Source: Candidatus Micrarchaeota archaeon (GTDB lineage: Archaea; Micrarchaeota; Micrarchaeia; Anstonellales; Bilamarchaeaceae). From it: a stretch of 64,000 nt of DNA. A model generated the notes under the pieces. That model saw nothing but the letters and a program-made list of their open reading frames with translations. It had not been told where the DNA came from and did not search any database. The position numbers and the translations under genes were made by a program. Positions 57,357 to 64,000 of the stretch are shown here, in pieces. The stretch lies in NCBI GenBank assembly GCA_016932815.1, contig JAFGCC010000015.1, positions 1,402 through 65,401 on the forward strand. The letters run 5' to 3'. Position 1 is the first letter of the stretch. Every line of letters starts with the position of its first letter.

Positions 57357-59687
57357 ATGTGCAACGTAGTCCTAGAGGGAACGAGGGCGGTAGTGGACAT
57401 GGCGAAATGCCCATTCGAGTTCGCATCCGCCGAGTTCCTAAACTTCCACCTAAAGGACCTATCAACCCTTGAATCGCCAATCAAGACGCTCCGCTACGAA
57501 GAGGAAATCATGATTGAGCTAGACGAGAAGGAGACTCTCGTCCTAACAGAATACGCATCGGTGATAAAGCAGGTGGAGGCCCTCCTTTTGCGCACCGACA
57601 TCTACGGGATGGAGCAGGACGAGAACTACGCAAAGAGGAGGCAGATAATCCGGGAGTTCTACGAATACATGTTCATGAACCCCCTAATAGCCGCCAACAA
57701 GCTCAAAGACTACAAGGAGGCAGAGCCTGAGCGCTCGGTTTTCCTAAAGGCGCATAGGACGTTCCAGGCATGGATAAACGGAATCCTAAAGAGGTACATG
57801 CAGACCGCGCTCTACAAGCTCACCGAAAAAACGGGGGACATGCGCGCCGCATTCCTTTCCCTTACCGGGCTGCGCTCGCTCTATTTCGTGCAGTCGCTTG
57901 TGCTGGACATGCCCCCCGGCGCAAAGCCCGCTTCCCTGCCGGATGCGTCATACGAGCTTCCCTTTGGGATAAAGGTGCAGCTCTACGAGGTCCCTGGCTC
58001 GGATGCATATTTGTACGTGCAGGAAAACGAGATGATAAACAACCTCCCCAAAAATCTGGGAGTAATGCTCAAGCGCCTAATCGGAGAGCAATTGAAGGAG
58101 GTTTTCTCCGAGGAAAAATTCGACATCCTCTTCCAGCTAAAAACCCGCGAATACCGCCAGTATTTCATGGACGAGGCGGTAAAGCAGGGAATAAAGATAA
58201 CGACACAGCAGGCAATGGCCATGGGCAGGGAGGCCGCCTCCTGGGTAGTGGGCCTTGGGGACCCCATAGAGAACCTCTGCCTAGACCGCAAGAACGTGAC
58301 CGATATTTACATAGACAGCGAGGACTCGCCCTTATACATAGAGCACGCAAAGTTCGGGATTTGCCACACCCTCTACCGCTACAACCGCGACCTTCTCTCC
58401 AGGGCATTCCGCAACATAGTGCTCTCGGAGAAGGGAAAGAAGTTTGACGATTTGCACCCGGTCGTGGATGTCGTGGTAAAGCGCCACTCAATGCGCAGCC
58501 ACCTCCAGCGCCCGCCTGCAACCTTCCGCGAGCTCCAGGGGGCCTTGCGCATAATGCAGGAGGAGCCCTTCACATACCCGCAGTACCTATACTTCCGCTC
58601 ATTTAGCCCGTTCTTCTGCGGCTACGATGACGTCATGGCCACACTCGGTTGCAGCGAGGCGGTGCTGGGGCTAAAAGGGGTGGGAAAAACCGCGTTCACT
58701 TCCGCAAAGGTCGCGGCAATCGGCACCAAGAAGAGGATTATCCCAATCCAGGACATTGAGGAAATCCCGGTCCGCGCATTCCGCAAGAGGGGCTTCCACA
58801 TCGGCGCCGCAAAAGTCAAGGCGTCTGTCGGGGAGGAAACCGGGGCGCCCACAGGGGAGCTTGACCTGGTTGCAATGGCCAACGCCCTGCTCAGGATGGG
58901 TGATGCGGCCCTGATTATCAACGAAATCCGCTCCAGGGTTGCAGTCCAGGGTGTAATCAACCTCCTAAACACGCAGCCAGGGGTATTCCTGCTATATAAC
59001 CTGCACGCAGAATCCCTGCGCGATGTCCAGGACCGCTTAGAACTCGTATTCGGGATTCCCGGGGCGAGCATGTTTGCGACCGACCGCTATTCGTTCCTAA
59101 AGAAAATCCGCTTTGGCCGCAAGGGGCGCGTTTACAGGGTGCTCGGATACGAATTTGAGTCCGACCCGGAAAACCGCAAGTTCGAAGAGGTGTTCCGCTA
59201 CCGCAGGGGCCCGACCATAGACGATTGCGTGCTGGAAGCCAAGTTCATCCGCAACCCCGAAGCCGAGCAGTATGACTTTACCAAGCTGGATTTGGGCAAG
59301 CTGGAAAAGGAGCTTGACATAGAGTTCATCCCGCCGGTGCTCTCGCGCAGGTGCACTGAAACCGGAATCAGCCCGGAGCAGTACATACTCCAGGCATTCC
59401 TGAAGGGGAAGATGTACGACCAGATATACCGCGCAAGCGTAAAAGAGAACGACCCCCTAATCCGCGACCTGGATTTCGTCGTAACAGCGAACACCGAGAT
59501 AAACCGCATGCTAGGCGAAATAGAAAAAGAAAACGGGACTGTGGACTACAAGGAAGCCCAGGAGAAAATGGAGAAGATGGTCACAGGCCTCATGAAAGAG
59601 GACATCCAGAGAAGGGCGCTCCAGGCAAAAGGCTCATCTTCAAAGGCGGCGGCAAAAAGCGTGGAAGTTGCCCCAGCTAAAAAATAA
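57357..59687 (+). CDS. Type II/IV secretion-system-family ATPase (FlaI/PilB/VirB11-like) with a long N-terminal region
   Basis: 776 aa. VTDIYIDSEDSPLYIEH...SMRSHLQRPPATFRELQGALRIMQEEPFT matches the N-terminal domain pattern of the family. Walker A is GLKGVGKT. The Walker B/Asp box region is DAALIINEIR. The His-box-like segment is FLLYNLHAESLRDVQDRL. Confidence 0.72.
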   Translation: MCNVVLEGTRAVVDMAKCPFEFASAEFLNFHLKDLSTLESPIKTLRYEEEIMIELDEKETLVLTEYASVIKQVEALLLRTDIYGMEQDENYAKRRQIIREFYEYMFMNPLIAANKLKDYKEAEPERSVFLKAHRTFQAWINGILKRYMQTALYKLTEKTGDMRAAFLSLTGLRSLYFVQSLVLDMPPGAKPASLPDASYELPFGIKVQLYEVPGSDAYLYVQENEMINNLPKNLGVMLKRLIGEQLKEVFSEEKFDILFQLKTREYRQYFMDEAVKQGIKITTQQAMAMGREAASWVVGLGDPIENLCLDRKNVTDIYIDSEDSPLYIEHAKFGICHTLYRYNRDLLSRAFRNIVLSEKGKKFDDLHPVVDVVVKRHSMRSHLQRPPATFRELQGALRIMQEEPFTYPQYLYFRSFSPFFCGYDDVMATLGCSEAVLGLKGVGKTAFTSAKVAAIGTKKRIIPIQDIEEIPVRAFRKRGFHIGAAKVKASVGEETGAPTGELDLVAMANALLRMGDAALIINEIRSRVAVQGVINLLNTQPGVFLLYNLHAESLRDVQDRLELVFGIPGASMFATDRYSFLKKIRFGRKGRVYRVLGYEFESDPENRKFEEVFRYRRGPTIDDCVLEAKFIRNPEAEQYDFTKLDLGKLEKELDIEFIPPVLSRRCTETGISPEQYILQAFLKGKMYDQIYRASVKENDPLIRDLDFVVTANTEINRMLGEIEKENGTVDYKEAQEKMEKMVTGLMKEDIQRRALQAKGSSSKAAAKSVEVAPAKK

Positions 59688-59747
59688 TCCCAGGATGCAG
59701 CCAGCCCAAAAGAATAAGTGCGCCAGGCTTCCCGCCCCCTTTGGGAT

Positions 59748-60506
59748 TCATGCGCGGACCATGCTTTTTTCGCCGACTTCCCTAAGGAGTATCTTGTGCA
59801 CCCCGCTCCCGTACTGGAGTGCCTTCTTCTTCCTCTTTACCGCGGTTTCCGGGACTCCCAAAAAGTGGGCAGCCTCGCGGAGAATGCCCTTTTTGAGGTC
59901 CCTCTCCTCCATCCTAACGGCGAGGGGGGTTGAGAACACGCATTCTGCGAGCTTCCGATTGTAGAATGGGAACCGCGCTTCCACCCCGTGCGTTTTCATC
60001 ACTTTCTTTATCATTCCTATGTCGCGGTTTTTTAAGGTGTCAAATTCCTCGCGCATTATCATGTCAAGGTCCTTTCCTTCATTCCAGTAAGTGTAATACC
60101 TCTCATATCCAACAAAGAGCTCCTCGCTTGCAGAGCCAAAGAGCACAACGTCAATCCCGCGCGCCTGCGCTTCCTGCGCAATCACGTAAACCGGGGCCAT
60201 GATTTCCACTTTCAGGAAGTCCGCATTGAGAATCTCCATCGCCTTCGAATAGCACTCTAGCACCTCGTCCTTGGAGAGTATGCGCTTGTGCAAGGGAAGC
60301 CCCAGCTCCCTTGCCACGATTTCGGAATAAACGATATCCTCGCTTCCTTCCACCCCAACCGAGAGCAGGTCCACTTCGGCGCTCTCTTTGGCAACCTGTG
60401 CGATGGTTGCGCTATCTAGCCCTCCTGAGAACGCAATCCCCACCCTGTCCTCAAGGCATTCCTGCACCGAACGCTCAATAGCCTGAGCGAGTTCCACCAT
60501 CGCCAT
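59748..60506 (-). CDS. PP-loop ATP pyrophosphatase, stand-alone asparagine-synthase-C-terminal-domain-like protein
   Basis: The SGGxDS PP-loop is VGIAFSGGLDSATIA. Also present are VVLFGSASEELFVGYERY and the C-terminal KKGILREAAHFLGVPETAVKRKKKALQYGSG, typical of the Asn_synthase domain. Confidence 0.8.
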   Translation of the reverse strand: MAMVELAQAIERSVQECLEDRVGIAFSGGLDSATIAQVAKESAEVDLLSVGVEGSEDIVYSEIVARELGLPLHKRILSKDEVLECYSKAMEILNADFLKVEIMAPVYVIAQEAQARGIDVVLFGSASEELFVGYERYYTYWNEGKDLDMIMREEFDTLKNRDIGMIKKVMKTHGVEARFPFYNRKLAECVFSTPLAVRMEERDLKKGILREAAHFLGVPETAVKRKKKALQYGSGVHKILLREVGEKSMVRA

Positions 60507-60531
60507 ATTTCCACTTCTAGAATCATCCTTA

Positions 60532-60606
60532 CGGGCCCGGAGGGATTTGAACCCTCGACCTTCACCTTAGGAGAGTGTCGCGCTATCCAGGCTGCGCTAC
60601 GGGCCC
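60532..60606 (-). tRNA. tRNA-Arg (anticodon CCU)
   Basis: The minus strand reads GGGCCCG-UA-GCGC-AGCCUGGAUA-GCGC-G-ACACU-CUCCUAA-GGUGA-AGGUC-GAGGG-UUCAAAU-CCCUC-CGGGCCC plus a discriminator G. The cloverleaf is complete, with U33, anticodon CCU and a T-loop UUCAAAU. No CCA is encoded. TATTTAAAAA lies about 24 nt upstream of the 5' end. Confidence 0.9.
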
Positions 60607-60715
60607 AGAAGCTTATTTATCCCCCGCTCCTTTTTAAATACCTTATCGTTGCCCGGGCATTCCATCTTTTAAAGATTCTAGCCCTAATCCATCCGGTGCT
60701 TGGGAGGCAGTTGAT

Positions 60716-61519
60716 ATGGAGCTAGAAGAACTACTGTCAATGTTGGAGATAACCGGGATGGATTCGCTCCATCCCCACGAGCAGACCATTCCTGCGAACC
60801 TTAGGCGCCTTCAGGAAGCCATGTTCAACCTGGGAAGGCTCGTAGACCCCCTGGTAATAGACAGGAAAACCGGGGTGATTCTAGACGGCAACCACCGCTA
60901 TTTAGTTCTGCGCAACATGGAAATCCCGAATGCGGTCGTGCAGCCGGTTGATTATTTCTCTGATAAAATCGGGCTTGGGACCTGGCTTCCCGCATCCAAA
61001 ATCCTAATGCGCAAAGAGGATTTCGAGAAGCTTGGGGAGAAAACCGAATCAGTGGATTTTGAAGCGGGAAAGCGGGCAATTGATTCGCTAGAAGCGGTTT
61101 TCATGATAGTTTCCGGCAAGGGCGGGGATAGGGAATGCGCGCTCATATCACCGGGCTCCTACGACGTTGTTTCCATGACAGCCAAGCAGAAGGAACTAAT
61201 TTCCTCGCTTTCGCAATTCAATTTGGATTATCATCCGGACGACTACGCGCAGGAACTCCTGGATTCCGGCAAGAGCGTCCTCTTCCGCCGCCCCTACGCC
61301 AAGAAGGAGGTCGTAGGGGAAGCCCTTGCAGGCCGCCCGTTCCCGCCCAAATCCACCCGCCACACGATTCCAGACCGGGTAATCCGCCTCAACATGCCCC
61401 TAGGATGGCTGCTTGAGGAAAAAGAGGATGCGCGCAGGCAATTAGAGGAAATGCTCGGAAAAAGGGCGTATTCGGGCAACGTGCGCCGTTACCCCGAACC
61501 AGTAATAGTCATATACTAA
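60716..61519 (+). CDS. ParB/sulfiredoxin-fold protein; candidate free serine kinase (SerK-like)
   Basis: 267 aa. The N-terminus LHPHEQTIPANLRRLQEAMFNLGRLVDPLVIDRKTGVILDGNHRYLVL fits the ParB/Srx motif (hPhE...P..v....ilDGhHR). It lies directly upstream of an aminotransferase and serA. GGGAGG lies 8 nt upstream of the ATG. Confidence 0.55.
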   Translation: MELEELLSMLEITGMDSLHPHEQTIPANLRRLQEAMFNLGRLVDPLVIDRKTGVILDGNHRYLVLRNMEIPNAVVQPVDYFSDKIGLGTWLPASKILMRKEDFEKLGEKTESVDFEAGKRAIDSLEAVFMIVSGKGGDRECALISPGSYDVVSMTAKQKELISSLSQFNLDYHPDDYAQELLDSGKSVLFRRPYAKKEVVGEALAGRPFPPKSTRHTIPDRVIRLNMPLGWLLEEKEDARRQLEEMLGKRAYSGNVRRYPEPVIVIY

Positions 61520-61542
61520 ATGATCAATTGGAGGTAATGTAA

Positions 61543-62604
61543 ATGCCGATATTGCTAAGCCCGGGGCCCGTTTACGTGCCAAAGGAGATACTTGATGCTC
61601 AGGCAAAGCCGATGATTACGCACAGGAGCGCAGCCTTTACCGAACTATATGGCGGGATTTGCGAATCGCTAAAGAGCGCCCTCAATTCGGAAGAAGCCTA
61701 CCTGATTACGGGTTCGGGGACCCTCGCAAACGAAACGAACCTGCTAAACTGCTGCCTCCCCAATGAGGGCGCCCTATTCTTGTCAAACGGAGAATTCGGG
61801 GACAGGTTAGCCGAAATCGCAGCGCTTTACACCAACACCGAAGTGCACGCGCTCCCTGCAGGCAAGGGCTGGGACATTGAGCGCGCAAAGGAAAAAATAG
61901 ACGAATCTTCCGCGCAGGTCTTCGGGATGGTCTACAATGAGACCGGATACGGGGTGCGCAACCACGCAAAGGAGGTTTTCACTTACGCAAAGAAGAAGGG
62001 AATGCTAACGGTGATGGACTCGGTTTCCGCCTGGCCCGCTCTTCCTTTTGATGCAAAGGAGTTCTCGGTTGATTTTTTTGGCTCTGCCAGCCAGAAGGCA
62101 CTTGGTTGCCCGCCCGGGATGGGAATGCTCGGCCTTAGCAAGGATGCAATAGAGCGCATAGAATCCCGCGGCAAAATCCCTTCGCACTACTGCGATTTGC
62201 GCCGCCACCGCAAGAGGTACCTAAAGGACAAGCAGACTCCGAATACCCCTGCAGTGAGCCTCTTCTACGCGTTTTCCAAATCCCTGGAGATAATCGGGCG
62301 CGAAGGGGGCTTTGCCGCATGGTCGCAAAAGCACGTAAAAGAATCCGGATACGTGCAATCGCGCATAAAGGGCATGGGCCTCAAGCTCATCCCGGAGCCC
62401 GGCTTTGAGTCCTACTCCCTAACCGCATTCTATTGCGAGAATGCAAACGAGGTAAAAAAGCGCATGTTGGATGAAAAAGGGATAACGATTGTAGGATGCA
62501 AGGGGGAGCTTGCGGGCAAGGGGCTGCGCATAGCGCACATGGGCAATTTCAGGCGCGAAGACATAGATGCGTGCCTGGAGGCGCTTGAAGGCTTCGTAAA
62601 ATAA
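61543..62604 (+). CDS. Class V PLP-dependent aminotransferase (serine-glyoxylate/phosphoserine aminotransferase family)
   Basis: It begins MPILLSPGPVYVP. Motifs are ITGSGTLANE, the PLP-Lys motif FFGSASQKALGCPPGMG, and IAHMGN. Confidence 0.88.
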   Translation: MPILLSPGPVYVPKEILDAQAKPMITHRSAAFTELYGGICESLKSALNSEEAYLITGSGTLANETNLLNCCLPNEGALFLSNGEFGDRLAEIAALYTNTEVHALPAGKGWDIERAKEKIDESSAQVFGMVYNETGYGVRNHAKEVFTYAKKKGMLTVMDSVSAWPALPFDAKEFSVDFFGSASQKALGCPPGMGMLGLSKDAIERIESRGKIPSHYCDLRRHRKRYLKDKQTPNTPAVSLFYAFSKSLEIIGREGGFAAWSQKHVKESGYVQSRIKGMGLKLIPEPGFESYSLTAFYCENANEVKKRMLDEKGITIVGCKGELAGKGLRIAHMGNFRREDIDACLEALEGFVK

Positions 62605-62621
62605 AGCGTATTGCAAGGTGC

Positions 62622-63521
62622 ATGGAAATGAAAGTGGTAGTTGCAGACAATTTTGAGGCAGGCGCCTTAAAACTCCTGGAGGCAACCGGTGCGCAGATAG
62701 TGCACAAGCCGGAATCGCTGGAAGCCGAACTCGCGGATGCGAAAATGCTAGTTGTGAGGAGCGCAACCAGGGTTACGGAGGAACTCCTCTCCATTGCCCC
62801 CAATCTCAAGGTGGTAGCGCGCGCGGGAGTCGGGCTTGACAACGTAGACCAGGACGCATGCAAAAAGCGCGGAATAGAAGTCATGAACACCCCAAGCGCT
62901 TCCACCAACGCGGTCGCCGAATTTGCGCTTGCCCTGATTCTTGGCGCATCGCGCAACGTCCCCCGCGCCCATCATTCTATGAAGCAGGGGAAGTGGGAGA
63001 AGAAAGTGCTGGCGGGAAGCGAAGTGGAAGGAAGGACACTTGGGATAATAGGGTGCGGCAGGATTGGCTCGCTACTTGCAGAGAAAGCCCGCGCCCTGGG
63101 AATGGAGGTTCTCGGGTACAACCCTCCCCCGCGCCATGATTCGCCCCACATAAAATACGTGGAGCTTGACGAGCTGTTTGGCTCTTCGGACATAATAAGC
63201 CTGCACGTCCCCTCCACCCCGGAAACCAACGGGATGATTAACAAGGGCACAATCTCCAAAATGAAGGACGGGGCAATCCTCATAAACACCGCAAGGGGCT
63301 CAATAGTGGAAGAGGATGCGCTCTATGGGGCGTGCAAGTCCGGGAAGATCCGCGCAGCGGCCCTGGACGTTTTCCCCTCAGAGCCCTATTCGGGGAAGCT
63401 CCTTGAACTAGAAAACGTCTTCTGCACCCCGCACATCGCAGCTTCCACCGCACAAGCCCAGGAGCGCATAGGCGAACTAATCGCCCAGAAGATATCCTCT
63501 TTAATGTCTTGCGGCGAATAA
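62622..63521 (+). CDS. serA: D-3-phosphoglycerate dehydrogenase (short form without an ACT domain) / D-2-hydroxyacid dehydrogenase
   Basis: The NAD site is GIIGCGRIGSLLAEKA. Also present are LHVPSTPETNGMI, NTARGSIVEEDAL, LDVFPSEP and TPHIAAST (catalytic His). Confidence 0.85.
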   Translation: MEMKVVVADNFEAGALKLLEATGAQIVHKPESLEAELADAKMLVVRSATRVTEELLSIAPNLKVVARAGVGLDNVDQDACKKRGIEVMNTPSASTNAVAEFALALILGASRNVPRAHHSMKQGKWEKKVLAGSEVEGRTLGIIGCGRIGSLLAEKARALGMEVLGYNPPPRHDSPHIKYVELDELFGSSDIISLHVPSTPETNGMINKGTISKMKDGAILINTARGSIVEEDALYGACKSGKIRAAALDVFPSEPYSGKLLELENVFCTPHIAASTAQAQERIGELIAQKISSLMSCGE

Positions 63522-63535
63522 CTTCGGTGGATAGG

Positions 63536-64000
63536 ATGGAATACCTTCGTTTTTCCTGGGAAGAAACCGAACGTGCGGTTTGGTCTATTTGCAAAAAGAT
63601 ACAGGAAGTTTCCTTCAAGCCGGACACCATAGTCGCAATCTCCCGCGGGGGGCTCGTTCCGGCAAAACTTTTTTCCGACGCTCTTGATGTGCGCGACCTT
63701 CGGGTAATAAGGCTCTCTTTCTACGAAGCCATGGGAAAGAGGATGGATGAGCCTCGGCTCGTGGACCCGCTTCCCGGGAGCATAGAAGGCAAAAGAGTCT
63801 TGTTGGTAGATGACATTTCAGATAGCGGGGAAAGCTTCAGGGCGGCAATGGCGCACCTCCTAGCGCGCAATCCCGCATCCTTGAAAACCGCCTCCATACA
63901 TATGAAAGAGGGCTCCCCGTTCAAGCCCGATTTCTTTTTCCAGACCAACACGAAGTGGGTGGTGTATCCATGGGAGAAGCAGGAATTCACGCGTGACACC
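63536..64000 (+). CDS. Purine phosphoribosyltransferase (hypoxanthine/guanine PRT-like), 3' end beyond the window
   Basis: My translation from ATG 63536 is MEYLRFSWEETERAVWSICKKIQE...IVAISRGGLVPAKLFSD...GKRVLLVDDISDSGESF (PRPP-binding motif)...KWVVYPWE. It is open to the window end and absent from the ORF track. Confidence 0.85.
   Translation, partial: MEYLRFSWEETERAVWSICKKIQEVSFKPDTIVAISRGGLVPAKLFSDALDVRDLRVIRLSFYEAMGKRMDEPRLVDPLPGSIEGKRVLLVDDISDSGESFRAAMAHLLARNPASLKTASIHMKEGSPFKPDFFFQTNTKWVVYPWEKQEFTRDT

Noticed and set aside
60532-60606. tRNA-Arg as an integration hotspot marking a genomic island
   Set aside because: No integrase, direct repeat of the tRNA 3' end, or compositional break is visible on either side. 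The neighbours are ordinary metabolic genes.

Overview
The window is archaeal. Hallmark genes are a thermosome, RadA, PriS/PriL primase, Pus10, deoxyhypusine synthase, pyruvoyl arginine decarboxylase, the HMG-CoA synthase/thiolase/DUF35 trio, an archaeal-type RNase P RNA and a tRNA-Arg. Gene density is high. Many first genes sit about 25-30 nt downstream of a TATA-like box, as expected for leaderless mRNAs, while internal cistrons use GGAGG-type ribosome-binding sites. Most of the window is housekeeping: pdxS, a glnA-like gene, pyrD/pyrK, trxB, ribK/RbkR, radA, an intein-containing RecJ/GAN-like gene, pdaD, GTPases, priSL, dys, mevalonate entry enzymes, pus10, pyrG and a serine-metabolism cluster.

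The standout is one same-strand, tightly coupled block at 1761-18419, about a quarter of the window. A MoxR-type AAA+ ATPase is followed by a VWA protein that also carries an HExxH motif. Then come 12 consecutive paralogous HEAT-repeat genes (5127-18419). Every junction between them has a stop/start overlap or a gap of at most 4 nt. Each paralog has a variable HEAT core and ends in the same C-terminal module: DL..L, then Y..W...L, then H....PPxRFR, then a basic tail. I cannot assign this arrangement to any described system, and I flag it as the main candidate for a novel system.

Other notable items:
- A compact RNase P RNA missed by the ORF track.
- An intein with an intact LAGLIDADG endonuclease, inserted in DHH motif I of the RecJ/GAN homolog.
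- A G9 homopolymer that splits a large beta-helix surface protein into two frames.
- A DUF736-like small gene translationally coupled to radA.
- Two orphan HicA-like genes with long basic N-terminal extensions.
- A histone-H1-like Lys/Ala-tailed protein.
- A glutamine-synthetase homolog with apparently degenerate catalytic motifs.
- A ParB/Srx-fold gene next to serine-pathway genes, a possible serine kinase.

I saw no CRISPR array, transposase or integrase. All homology calls are by-eye motif recognition, not database searches.
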